Shown here: positions 1-8,356 of the stretch, piece by piece
Position numbering within the stretch: the first letter of the stretch is position 1
Layout of the letters: each line of letters starts with the position of its first letter
Source: Candidatus Falkowbacteria bacterium
GTDB lineage: Bacteria > Patescibacteriota > Patescibacteriia > Patescibacteriales > UBA12465
Direction: 5' to 3'
Length of the DNA: 64,000 nucleotides
NCBI GenBank assembly: GCA_016432645.1
Contig: CP066698.1
Coordinates: 773,062-837,061, forward strand
Notes under the pieces: generated by a model
Told to the model about the DNA's origin: nothing
The model's input: the letters and a program-made list of their open reading frames with translations, nothing else
Databases searched by the model: none
Position numbers and translations under genes: made by a program

Positions 1-74
1 CTCAGGCCCTAAACTGATTTTATTATAAGTTAATTTATTGATTTTTGAAAGTTATTCCGTTAAGATGGTTTTAT

Positions 75-644
75 ATGATAATATCCTTAAGCGGAGCCCA
101 TGGTTCCGGAAAAAGCACTATCGCCCAAAGATTGGCCGAAACTCTCGCTTGGCCTCGTTATTATATGGGAGGCTTAAGGCGTGAGGCTGCTAAAAAGCGG
201 GGCATGACTTTAGCTGAATATAATAAATTAGGCGAAACTGATCCAATTACTGACCAAGAAGTCGATAATTACCAAAAAAAACTGGGCGAGACTGAAGATA
301 ACTTTATTGTTGAGGGCCGGACTTCCTGGTATTTTATCCCGCATTCTCTAAAAATCTATCTCGATGTCTCCGAAGATGAGGGTAATAGGCGAGTTTTTGG
401 CCATTTACAGCAAAAAAATGACCGCAACGAGGATAGGAATATTGAAAGCGTGGAAGACGTTAAAGAGAGCATGAAACGGCGGCTAGCTAGCGATCGGCTA
501 AGATATCAGAAGTATTATGGGATTGATGTCAACGATGTAAAGAATTATGACTTCTATCTCGATACCACTAATTTGACACCTGATGAGGTTTTTCAGTCCG
601 TCTACGATTACGTTCAGAAAAATCTTGACATATCCAAAAATTAA
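75..644 (+). CDS. cytidylate kinase family / P-loop nucleoside monophosphate kinase
   Basis: ORF 45..644. Walker A ISLSGAHGSGKST lies directly after the ATG at 75, so the TTG at 45 is less likely. Short CMP-kinase-like layout. Confidence 0.6.
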   Translation: MIISLSGAHGSGKSTIAQRLAETLAWPRYYMGGLRREAAKKRGMTLAEYNKLGETDPITDQEVDNYQKKLGETEDNFIVEGRTSWYFIPHSLKIYLDVSEDEGNRRVFGHLQQKNDRNEDRNIESVEDVKESMKRRLASDRLRYQKYYGIDVNDVKNYDFYLDTTNLTPDEVFQSVYDYVQKNLDISKN

Positions 645-711
645 TTATAATATTAGACAAGATTTATAAAATTAAAAAAAGCAAAATAACGAGATTTCAG
701 GTCTCGTTTAT

Positions 712-1053
712 ATGTTAATCAACTATATGGTTGAAACTAAAATGGAATTAAAACCGGGACAGACGGTCAGGGTTTATCAAAAAATTAAAGAACTTAATTC
801 TAAGGGTGAAGAAAAAGAAAGAGTTCAATATTTTGAAGGCATGATTATTGCGCGCAAGCACAATAAAGAGGTCGGTGCGACAATTACTGTCCGCAAAGTT
901 TCCGATGGCGTTGGCGTAGAAAAAATATTTCCGCTTAATCTGCCGACGATTACTAAAATTGAAATTAAAAAAGAGGCTCAGGTTAGACAGGCCAAACTTT
1001 ATTATTTGCGTTCCGGCTACAAGAAAAAGTTAAAAGAAAAAGTCGTCAAATAA
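712..1053 (+). CDS. rplS: 50S ribosomal protein L19
   Basis: Conserved L19 core VRVYQKI...RVQYFEGMIIARKH...ITVRKVSDGVGVEKIFPLNLP. Confidence 0.9.
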   Translation: MLINYMVETKMELKPGQTVRVYQKIKELNSKGEEKERVQYFEGMIIARKHNKEVGATITVRKVSDGVGVEKIFPLNLPTITKIEIKKEAQVRQAKLYYLRSGYKKKLKEKVVK

Positions 1054-1085
1054 AATTTTACTGTTCCGATTTTGGAATAGTTTTT

Positions 1086-1169
1086 GGGCGAATGGTGAAA
1101 TTGGTAGACACGCAAGCTTGAGGGGCTTGTGGCCGCAAGGCTGTGGAGGTTCGAGTCCTCTTTCGCCCA
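1086..1169 (+). tRNA. tRNA-Leu (anticodon GAG)
   Basis: Acceptor GGGCGAA/TTCGCCC, anticodon arm CAAGC-TTGAGGG-GCTTG, long variable arm, T-loop GGTTCGAGTCC. No encoded CCA. Confidence 0.9.
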
Positions 1170-1206
1170 CTCGTTTGCTAGTATCTTGGCGGCTTAGCCG
1201 CTTATA

Positions 1207-1280
1207 GGGCGCATAGCTCAGCTGGTTAGAGCACTTCGTTTACACCGAAGGGGTCCAGGGTTCGAATCCTTGTGCGCCCA
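1207..1280 (+). tRNA. tRNA-Val (anticodon TAC)
   Basis: Acceptor GGGCGCA/TGCGCCC, D-arm GCTCAGCTGGTTAGAGC, anticodon arm CTTCG-TTTACAC-CGAAG, T-loop GGTTCGAATCC. No encoded CCA. Confidence 0.9.
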
Positions 1281-1285
1281 CTAAA

Positions 1286-1310
1286 CAATCCTCAAGAGGA
1301 TTGTTTTTTG
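1286..1310 (+). terminator. rho-independent terminator after the tRNA pair
   Basis: Stem CAATCCT/AGGATTG, 4-nt loop, then TTTTTT. Confidence 0.7.
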
Positions 1311-1345
1311 TTTATTTTTTTGCCAGAATCGTTTAAGATTATAAT

Positions 1346-1783
1346 ATGGAGAAAATAATTACTAAAAGCGCATCTGAGACTAAAGATTTCGGACGAGCCT
1401 GCGGACAAGCTTGCCGTGGTGGTGAGATTTTTTATTTGTCAGGCGATTTAGGTGCTGGTAAAACAACTTTTTTGCAGGGACTAGCCAAGGGTCTGGGAGT
1501 TTCTGGTCCGGTTAATAGTCCAACCTTTAATATTTTAAAAATTTATAAAACTAAAAAAGGCTCGGTGGTAAAAAATTTTTGTCATATAGACGCCTATCGT
1601 CTATCCGGCGCTAAAGATTTAGAAGCTCTGGGGATAAAAGAAATTATCGCCGCTCAAGATACGGTAACGGCCGTGGAATGGGCGGAAAAAGTTAAATCAG
1701 TTTTTCCAAAAAGTGCCGTTAAAATAAAAGCTAAACATATTTCTGATGCTGAGCGAGAGTTTGTGGTTTTAGATAAGAAATAG
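1346..1783 (+). CDS. tsaE: tRNA threonylcarbamoyladenosine (t6A) biosynthesis ATPase TsaE
   Basis: YjeE/TsaE signature [21 protein letters not shown]...SPTFNI, about 145 aa. Confidence 0.85.
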   Translation: MEKIITKSASETKDFGRACGQACRGGEIFYLSGDLGAGKTTFLQGLAKGLGVSGPVNSPTFNILKIYKTKKGSVVKNFCHIDAYRLSGAKDLEALGIKEIIAAQDTVTAVEWAEKVKSVFPKSAVKIKAKHISDAEREFVVLDKK

Positions 1784-1815
1784 TACCTAATTACTGTTAA
1801 ATAAATAAAAAAAGA

Positions 1816-1842
1816 AGAGCCCGTTGATTTGGACTCTTTTTT
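1816..1842. terminator. bidirectional hairpin terminator between convergent genes
   Basis: Stem AGAGCCC/GGACTCT (one mismatch), flanked by an A-run upstream and a T-run downstream. Confidence 0.5.
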
Positions 1843-1860
1843 GTTGAGTTTTAGAAGTTT

Positions 1861-2196
1861 TTAAGCCTCAATTTTGAAGGCTTCAATTTTTTCTAGGTTT
1901 TTTTTGTTGCAACAGATGATGCAAGCATCAACCACGAAGTAATAAGAAGAGAAAGTTTCCGGCACAATAACCAGAGGTTGTTTGAGTTCTTCGGCGGTCT
2001 TAAGGAGACCCTCCAAATAACCTTTAGAAGATTCTCCGTAGGTTCCGCAATGTCGGCAGAAGCAATAAGCGACCGCGTGTTTCCAGGTAAATTTTTGGGT
2101 AATCCGATTTTTAACCAGATTATCAAATTTTTCCTGGCTTATTCTTCCTGGTACGCTAGTTTCGCCAATCAGGGCAATCTTTTCTTGTTGTTCCAC
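1861..2196 (-). CDS. hypothetical Cys-rich protein
   Basis: 111-aa ORF with cysteine clusters CFCRHC and CIICC. No family recognised. Confidence 0.4.
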   Translation of the reverse strand: MEQQEKIALIGETSVPGRISQEKFDNLVKNRITQKFTWKHAVAYCFCRHCGTYGESSKGYLEGLLKTAEELKQPLVIVPETFSSYYFVVDACIICCNKKNLEKIEAFKIEA

Positions 2197-2226
2197 GATT
2201 TTTAGTTTTTGATTTGTACTATATAT

Positions 2227-2916
2227 TTATTTTTTATTTCTTTGAAAGTTTTCAACCATGGCATCAGTAATTTTTTCAGTTTCTTCGGCAATTACCTTTT
2301 TTAAAAATTCCGGATCAAAACGGTCATTATTTTTGCTGCCATCTAGCTTTTCATAGTCATCATCGCTGATATAAATTAAAACGTCAGCCCGGGTTCTATC
2401 CTTCTTTGAGTTCTGGGTTAAGTCAATAGTAGCTCTAGTTAACTCTTTGCCGCTTTCTTTATCGTAAAGTTTAAAATAACAATCAATACCGTGGGAGACA
2501 TCTAAGTGAGTGCCGCCGGTAGCGGAAAAGAATTTTAAAATATATTTATCACTTACAAATCTATCTTTGACCGCTTGGTATAATTCATGAGCAAAAAAAC
2601 GGGAAGGATTTTCAGGGTTTCCCACTTGGCATTTTTCCACTAAGGCCATAGCTTTATCTAGGGGAACAAATTTTTTATTAAAACTCTGAATATCTTGAAA
2701 TTCGGCTTGAGCGTCTTCTCTGATTTTTAATATTTTTTCAAAACGCTCATCGGTTCCTAAATTATCAAGCCCACATCTTTCGGGATATAAAGTTGCGTAA
2801 GCAGCTTCTTTATAATTTTTACTATTAGCCGTTCCAATCATGTCTGCCTCTAAAATAGAGCCGGATTTAGAAGCCTTATTTTGAGCGCTCTCCCATTTTT
2901 CTAAATTACTCAACAT
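2227..2916 (-). CDS. hypothetical protein
   Basis: 229-aa ORF that overlaps the lspA stop by 11 nt, which implies co-transcription. No family recognised. Confidence 0.5.
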   Translation of the reverse strand: MLSNLEKWESAQNKASKSGSILEADMIGTANSKNYKEAAYATLYPERCGLDNLGTDERFEKILKIREDAQAEFQDIQSFNKKFVPLDKAMALVEKCQVGNPENPSRFFAHELYQAVKDRFVSDKYILKFFSATGGTHLDVSHGIDCYFKLYDKESGKELTRATIDLTQNSKKDRTRADVLIYISDDDYEKLDGSKNNDRFDPEFLKKVIAEETEKITDAMVENFQRNKK

Positions 2917-3382
2917 ATCTTTTGTCTTTCACTAGATTAAAAATTAGGGATATTACTCCGAAACTAATCATGGCATCAGCCAGGTTAAAAACCGTAAAAT
3001 ATTTTAATTCCAAATAGTCAATAACATAGCCGTACAGTAGCCGGTCTGCCATATTACTTATAGCACCAAATAAAATAAATGTCAATAGTAATGATTTTGA
3101 ACTTAGACATTTTTCTTTTAATATTAGCTTATATATTATATATATCAAGCCTAGTATAATAGCCGCTATTATGATGTTAAGAATTGGGCCACTAAGCGGT
3201 AAAGAAAAGGAAATATTAAAATTTTTTGTAAAATTAAATAAAAAAAGCTCACCAAATAATGATTTTGCCTCAAATTGCTGGAGAGCTAGAGCTTTTAAAA
3301 TTCGGTCGCCTATAAAAAACATAGCTATTATTAAGATAATAGCTATGTTCCGGTGTTTATTTTTACAAATAAGTTTATTCAT
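2906..3382 (-). CDS. lspA: lipoprotein signal peptidase (signal peptidase II)
   Basis: Four-TM profile and the C-terminal LspA motif FNLADAMISFGVI. Confidence 0.8.
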   Translation of the reverse strand: MNKLICKNKHRNIAIILIIAMFFIGDRILKALALQQFEAKSLFGELFLFNFTKNFNISFSLPLSGPILNIIIAAIILGLIYIIYKLILKEKCLSSKSLLLTFILFGAISNMADRLLYGYVIDYLELKYFTVFNLADAMISFGVISLIFNLVKDKRYVE

Positions 3383-3764
3383 TTTCTTGAAGTTCAGTTT
3401 TGCAGGTTATACAAGCGCCGGCTGTCGGTCTGGCCTGGAGTCGCTTAGCATTAATTGGTTTGTGGCAATATTTGCAAATACCGTAAGTTCCTTTTTCGAT
3501 TCTGTTTAAAGCTTTATCAATATCTTCCAGACTTTTTTCTAATACTTTTTGAGCCATGACGGTTGTTGAAAAATCGCTTATTTCTTGGGCATTTTCATCA
3601 GGTTTATCGCCATATTCAGGAAATTGAGCGCTGCGGCTATCAGCCTCATGAGCATCTTTATGTGAAACATCATTCAAATCGGTTATAATTTGTTTTTTTT
3701 GCGCCAAAAGAGTCGCTTTTATTTCATCGATAACCTTTTTATCAATGGAATTTTCTGTGTTCAT
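3375..3764 (-). CDS. DksA/TraR family C4-type zinc-finger protein
   Basis: Coiled-coil N-terminal part and CKYC...(17)...CITC zinc ribbon at the C-terminus. Confidence 0.8.
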   Translation of the reverse strand: MNTENSIDKKVIDEIKATLLAQKKQIITDLNDVSHKDAHEADSRSAQFPEYGDKPDENAQEISDFSTTVMAQKVLEKSLEDIDKALNRIEKGTYGICKYCHKPINAKRLQARPTAGACITCKTELQENE

Positions 3765-3878
3765 ATGGTTTATACCTGCGTAAATTATGGTTAAACAAAA
3801 GAACTATCAGTTTGTAGTTCTGTTTAAATTATAGCCGATATGTTACATTTTCGCAAGTTTTTTGGGATTTGAAATATT

Positions 3879-3907
3879 TTGACAAAGAATAATCTTTTTG
3901 CTATGCT
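3879..3907 (+). promoter_or_regulatory. sigma70-like promoter upstream of tRNA-Asp
   Basis: TTGACA (3879..3884), 17-nt spacer, TATGCT (3902..3907). Confidence 0.4.
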
Positions 3908-3957
3908 CTTTTTGTGGCTCGCTAAGTAGCATAGCCATTTTTTGAAGGATAAAAAGA

Positions 3958-4031
3958 GGAGCGGTAGCTCAGCTGGTTAGAGCGCCTGCCTGTCACGCAG
4001 GAGGTCGCGGGTTCGATCCCCGTCCGTTCCG
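3958..4031 (+). tRNA. tRNA-Asp (anticodon GTC)
   Basis: Acceptor GGAGCGG/CCGTTCC, anticodon arm CCTGC-CTGTCAC-GCAGG, T-loop GGTTCGATCCC. No encoded CCA. Confidence 0.9.
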
Positions 4032-4043
4032 CATTGTTTAAAA

Positions 4044-4066
4044 ACAAGGTTTAAACCTTGTTTTTT
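4044..4066 (+). terminator. terminator after tRNA-Asp
   Basis: Palindrome ACAAGGTTTAAACCTTGT followed by TTTTTT. Confidence 0.7.
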
Positions 4067-4070
4067 AATT

Positions 4071-4104
4071 AAAAAAAGGGCCCTGGAATTTCTTCTCAGG
4101 ACCC
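4071..4104 (-). terminator. terminator of the 4133..4588 gene
   Basis: Minus strand reads GGGTCCTG...CAGGGCCC (one mismatch) followed by TTTTTTT. Confidence 0.6.
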
Positions 4105-4132
4105 CCCGCAGCAGCCGCGCTACGTCTTAATA

Positions 4133-4588
4133 TTATTTGATGGCCGCTATTCGGTCATCGTAAGGTTCGCTTAGATAAGTTCTGGTCATATCCCAGTGAT
4201 TATCCCACCAGCACAAGGTTGGAAAAAATTTATTTCCGCCGGCATCAGCAAAAATGCTGCCAGCGAAGATAATATTTTTAGTTTTCCAGGTTTCGGGAAT
4301 AGCTTCTGGATGAGCCAGTAAATAGTCCAGCACACAAGCATTTAGAGCGGTATCGCCCAGCTTAGCTAACATTTTGGCACCAGTTGTCGGCGCTGTTTTG
4401 TTTTCGAAAGAAACAGTTTTGATGTTTCCTGGTGTTAGCTGATATGTTCCGCCGGGGTTCCCGGGGATAAGAGTATAACCTTCAGGGACTGAAGGCTTGT
4501 CGTTGCAATCTATATTTTTTGTCTGCGCAAAAGTCAGGCCGGGTAAATATAGCAACCCCATGATTAGTAAAAATACGATTTTTTTCAT
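4133..4588 (-). CDS. secreted hypothetical protein
   Basis: Signal peptide MKKIVFLLIMGLLYLPGLTFAQ. Monocistronic, with its own terminator. Confidence 0.55.
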   Translation of the reverse strand: MKKIVFLLIMGLLYLPGLTFAQTKNIDCNDKPSVPEGYTLIPGNPGGTYQLTPGNIKTVSFENKTAPTTGAKMLAKLGDTALNACVLDYLLAHPEAIPETWKTKNIIFAGSIFADAGGNKFFPTLCWWDNHWDMTRTYLSEPYDDRIAAIK

Positions 4589-4713
4589 GGTGTCTAATTT
4601 TTGGTTTAAGAACGAATTGTTAATGTTAGTGTTTCATAGAATCTTAAGACTTTATTTAAGTTTTGTCTAGATACTTTAAATTATGTATATGTCTGAGTAG
4701 AGGCGATTTGGTA

Positions 4714-4742
4714 TTGACAGATAGCTTTAAAAAATGTAAGAT
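4714..4742 (+). promoter_or_regulatory. sigma70-like promoter for 4819..5358
   Basis: TTGACA (4714..4719), 17-nt spacer, TAAGAT (4737..4742). Confidence 0.4.
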
Positions 4743-4818
4743 AGAATTTGTGCTAAACATCTTTTTTAGCGCAAATAGTTATTAGTTCTTTATAAACAAA
4801 GCAAAAAAAACAAAGCAA

Positions 4819-5358
4819 ATGCAAAATGAGAGACATTTACCGGCTTTATTAACGCCGGAAGTGATGGTTTTAGAGCGCCCCATTGTGCGCCCCAAGATGT
4901 TTAAGACGATTTGGTCAAAGGTAGTAATGGTTCGTTATCAGAAAACAGCCAATGCTCTACTATCAGTCAGGGAATTGGTGGATAATAGAGATTTAGCTTT
5001 GGTAAAATCTTCGAAAGAAGGTATTTCTGAGATTAGCCTATCGTTGATTGATCTCTGGAGTGGTAAAGGGCCATTCCCGAGTATTTCCGAGATTAATCGG
5101 ATAATTGCTCAAATTGGCAAAGAGCCAGTTGGTATTTCAGAAATGGTTCTATTCGCTAAAGCGATTAATCATCAGCCGATTGTTGTCCCCTCTGACTATT
5201 GTTTAGCTATTGCTACTAGGGATTATCTGGAGCGAGAAGGCATCAGTCAATTTCCTAGTGTCAGTCAAGACGAAGAACACGGTGTCATGCTCGGTTTAAC
5301 CTATGATTGGATAATCGAAAAACATCATGTTTATGTCTTGGTTATGGAGACTCTCTAA
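4819..5358 (+). CDS. hypothetical protein
   Basis: 179-aa ORF bracketed by a promoter-like element and a strong terminator. No family recognised. Confidence 0.5.
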   Translation: MQNERHLPALLTPEVMVLERPIVRPKMFKTIWSKVVMVRYQKTANALLSVRELVDNRDLALVKSSKEGISEISLSLIDLWSGKGPFPSISEINRIIAQIGKEPVGISEMVLFAKAINHQPIVVPSDYCLAIATRDYLEREGISQFPSVSQDEEHGVMLGLTYDWIIEKHHVYVLVMETL

Positions 5359-5371
5359 ACTACCTGTTGTT

Positions 5372-5417
5372 AAGCTTCGATTTCAACGCTCAATGTTGAG
5401 ATCGAAGCTTTTTTTAT
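5372..5417 (+). terminator. rho-independent terminator
   Basis: 10-bp stem AAGCTTCGAT/ATCGAAGCTT with inner TCAAC/GTTGA pairing, then TTTTTTT. Confidence 0.75.
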
Positions 5418-5461
5418 TTCAAAAAATCTGGCAACTAACCAGATTTTTTATTTTTGTTCTG

Positions 5462-5533
5462 TGCCCCCAAAGGGAATCGAACCCCTATTTTAAGCTCCGG
5501 AAGCTCACGTCCTATCCGTTGAACGATGGAGGC
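5462..5533 (-). tRNA. tRNA-Arg (anticodon CCG)
   Basis: Reverse complement gives acceptor GCCTCCA/TGGGGGC, anticodon arm TGAGC-TTCCGGA-GCTTA and T-loop GGTTCGATTCC. No encoded CCA. Confidence 0.85.
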
Positions 5534-5541
5534 AATGCACT

Positions 5542-5976
5542 TTATTTATTTTTACTCTTTACAGTCGCCTTGGTCAAGAAATGATGATTGTCGGCAAAAG
5601 AAGAGTAATCAACGCTTAGCTCTTCACCGGCTTTGATTTTTTTAGTTGACACATAATCGCAATTGCGATTGCATCTGACATTAGGATTTTTAGAATTATG
5701 ATTTAGAAACCAGCCGATAGAAATATTATTAAAATTATCGGGCGCGCCGTATTTATCGCCTTCTAGTATGCAGAAGTCTTCATATAATTTACGCAAAGCT
5801 GGTTCTAATTTATCGACTTTTTTCTTGCTAAACCAAATTAACTTGCTAGTTTCGCCCTCAAATATTTTTTTATTATTAGGAATATCACGAATTGCAAAGA
5901 CGCCGATTCCTTGAATCTTAGAAATTCCCAGGCGAGTGTAGGCATCGGCGTGAGGCGTCTTTTTTGTTTTTTTCAT
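5542..5976 (-). CDS. SET domain-containing protein (putative lysine methyltransferase)
   Basis: GIGVFAIRDIP N-terminal SET strand, FLNHNSKNPNV (NH-x-x-x-PN motif) and GEELSVDYS (ELxxDY motif). 144 aa. Confidence 0.65.
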   Translation of the reverse strand: MKKTKKTPHADAYTRLGISKIQGIGVFAIRDIPNNKKIFEGETSKLIWFSKKKVDKLEPALRKLYEDFCILEGDKYGAPDNFNNISIGWFLNHNSKNPNVRCNRNCDYVSTKKIKAGEELSVDYSSFADNHHFLTKATVKSKNK

Positions 5977-5978
5977 AC

Positions 5979-6476
5979 TTACAAAACTTTAGCATAGATA
6001 AAGGCGTCGTGCAGCCGGCCTTCTCGATCCTTGATAACTTTTTTTAAACGCCCTTCTTTTTTATAACCATTTTTAATAGCTACTTTTTCACTGGCTTTAT
6101 TTTCCGGGCGCATTAAAATTTCTATTCTGCTTAGTCCTAATTTATTAAAACCTTCTTGTTCCATCAATTTAACAAAGGCGGTTGTCAGTCCGCGCCCCCA
6201 ATATTTTTCATCCAGAAAATAGCCCAACTCTCCGATATAGGGGCGGGTACGATTAATACGGACGCCACCACCACCAACCACTTTGTCGTTATATAAAAAA
6301 GTGTAGTTCCAGGATTCATTGTTTTTTCGACGTTCGCTGTTTTTTTTCAGGGCTGCTTTTTCATCCGCCAGCGTGTCCACATTAACAAAAAAATAGATGA
6401 AGTTTGGGTTTTTTAGGATGCGCAAAAAGTCAGCCGCATCCTTAACCATTTGATATCTGATTTTAAGATTTTTCAT
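5979..6476 (-). CDS. GNAT family N-acetyltransferase (RimJ/RimL-like)
   Basis: Acetyl-CoA binding region YWGRGLTTAFVKLM and typical RimJ-like length and C-terminus. Confidence 0.75.
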   Translation of the reverse strand: MKNLKIRYQMVKDAADFLRILKNPNFIYFFVNVDTLADEKAALKKNSERRKNNESWNYTFLYNDKVVGGGGVRINRTRPYIGELGYFLDEKYWGRGLTTAFVKLMEQEGFNKLGLSRIEILMRPENKASEKVAIKNGYKKEGRLKKVIKDREGRLHDAFIYAKVL

Positions 6477-6480
6477 ATAT

Positions 6481-7155
6481 TTATTTTAAGCCAATATAAG
6501 CTATCATCGCTTTTATTATTTTATCGCGTTCTCGCCGAAAAGAAAAATAAGTATCTTTCAGGCAGAATGTGCAGTCAGCACTGACAGAGATATTTGCCGG
6601 CGAGACCCCAGTTTCTATTAATTTGTCTTTGACGGCGTCTGCTAGATTGATATATTTTTTGTCGCCAGTTTCTATTAGATATTTAGAAGCAAATTGGTTG
6701 GCCACATCGTCTTTAACTTCAAAATGGCATTTTTGGATATGCGGGCCGATAAAAATTTTTATATCAGTAGAATTACAATCAAAATTATTTATTAATAATT
6801 GAACCGTTTTTTTAGCAATGCCGTTTATAATTCCTTTCCAGCCGGCGTGAGCCAAAGCGACTACTTGTTTTTGGCGGTCATAAAAATAAATCGGTAGGCA
6901 ATCGGCGACGGTTATGGTTAATAAACAATTTTTATCATTTGTAATTAGGGCATCGCAGTCGGGAATCATTCGTTCTGGCGTTTTACTATCAATCATAACA
7001 ACCTTATCGCCGTGGACCAAGTCTGCGCCGATTATTTTTTTGTCTTCCAAATTTATTTTTTCAAAAAAATTTTGCTGATTGGTAAAATCATATTTCATCG
7101 GGCCGTCTTTAATATCCGACAGCCCCCAGATAATTTTATTGCTACTAAAAGCCAT
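6481..7155 (-). CDS. pgeF: peptidoglycan editing factor PgeF / YfiH (DUF152) family
   Basis: Motifs VADCLPIYFYD and ALAHAGWKG, with C-terminal CTFC...FSFRRE. Confidence 0.8.
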   Translation of the reverse strand: MAFSSNKIIWGLSDIKDGPMKYDFTNQQNFFEKINLEDKKIIGADLVHGDKVVMIDSKTPERMIPDCDALITNDKNCLLTITVADCLPIYFYDRQKQVVALAHAGWKGIINGIAKKTVQLLINNFDCNSTDIKIFIGPHIQKCHFEVKDDVANQFASKYLIETGDKKYINLADAVKDKLIETGVSPANISVSADCTFCLKDTYFSFRRERDKIIKAMIAYIGLK

Positions 7156-7158
7156 ATA

Positions 7159-7731
7159 TTAAATTCGGCGGCAATCAATAATTTTGAAGTTTTTCCCGTC
7201 TCCCTCAATCTCCACCCAGGCTAAATCTCCAATTTTACCAATCTCGCCTATTTTTAAAATATCTCTAAATAAGACGCGCATCGGACCACCATGCCAAATA
7301 ATTGCGCGGCAGATATCCTGTTCTTTATCGGCCAGATTATTAACAGCGGATACAATTCGATTTCTGAAATCTTGATATGATTCCGCGCCTTCAATAGTGT
7401 TTAAATAATCCCTTAAGGCTTCGGCTAGTTCCGGAGTTTCCATGGCCACTTCTTCTTTGATTCTGCCGGTCACAATTCCGTATTGGTTTCGTTCTTTAAA
7501 ATTTGGCTCAACAATAACGGGACAGCGTCCGGCGGCTAATATTTCCGCGGTCTCGCGTGCGCGCAACAGAGGACTGGAGATTATCAGTCTGATATTTTTT
7601 GTTTTTAATTCCTCTAAAGCTTCTTGAGCTTGCGTCCGGCCTTTGTCTGTTAAATGATCGTCATAATCGCCGCCGTAACGATCTTCCACATCACCAGTTG
7701 TTTTGCCGTGGCGGATAAAGATTAGTTTCAT
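7159..7731 (-). CDS. histidine phosphatase family protein (phosphoglycerate mutase-like)
   Basis: MKLIFIRHGKT catalytic RHG motif. Start placed at the internal ATG (7731) to avoid overlapping the upstream paralogue. Confidence 0.75.
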   Translation of the reverse strand: MKLIFIRHGKTTGDVEDRYGGDYDDHLTDKGRTQAQEALEELKTKNIRLIISSPLLRARETAEILAAGRCPVIVEPNFKERNQYGIVTGRIKEEVAMETPELAEALRDYLNTIEGAESYQDFRNRIVSAVNNLADKEQDICRAIIWHGGPMRVLFRDILKIGEIGKIGDLAWVEIEGDGKNFKIIDCRRI

Positions 7732-7735
7732 AGAA

Positions 7736-8353
7736 TTAGTGATTAAATTTTTCTGTCTTGAAAACGTGGGCATTTTCTGCTGGCGAATCATTAGCTAACA
7801 ATAACAGCTCCGAGTTTCCAAAATGAAACATAGTTAAAACCTCTTTCCAATACAAATTATAGTAACTAGCATAAATCATTTTGCCAATATCACCGCTGGT
7901 TACTAATAAAATATTACCATCTTGGTGATTAGTCTTTATTTTTTCAAGTATTTGATGTGCTCTAACCATTAATTGCGGGAAGGTTTCCGCACCTTCGGGC
8001 GATAAAATATAAGTTATGGTATCGGTTTTTAAAATATTCGGAGCACATAGAGATTCAAGCTCGGCGGTTGGCTTGCCCGTCATAATACCAAAATCACGTT
8101 CTATTAATAATGGCATTGGTTCCGGCTTATCCATTGATAAAGCGTCGGCGACAATTTCGGCCGTCCTTGTCGTTCTAATTAGCGGGGAACTATATATCTT
8201 ATCAAATTTAATATTGGCGGTTTTTATTTTTTGCGCCAGTTCTTGCGCCTGGTTTTCACCGAGCGCCGTCAAAGGCTCGTCCCGATGGCCATTTAAAATT
8301 CCCCTGACATTATCTTGGTCTTGCCCATGGCGGGCGAGATAGATTTTAAGCAT
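7736..8353 (-). CDS. histidine phosphatase family protein (phosphoglycerate mutase-like)
   Basis: MLKIYLARHGQ RHG motif. Tandem paralogue of 7159..7731. Confidence 0.75.
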   Translation of the reverse strand: MLKIYLARHGQDQDNVRGILNGHRDEPLTALGENQAQELAQKIKTANIKFDKIYSSPLIRTTRTAEIVADALSMDKPEPMPLLIERDFGIMTGKPTAELESLCAPNILKTDTITYILSPEGAETFPQLMVRAHQILEKIKTNHQDGNILLVTSGDIGKMIYASYYNLYWKEVLTMFHFGNSELLLLANDSPAENAHVFKTEKFNH

Positions 8354-8356
8354 ATA

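Noticed and set aside
5327-5584. 85-aa plus-strand ORF
   Set aside because: It spans the terminator at 5372..5417 and the whole tRNA-Arg gene on the opposite strand, so it is not a plausible gene.
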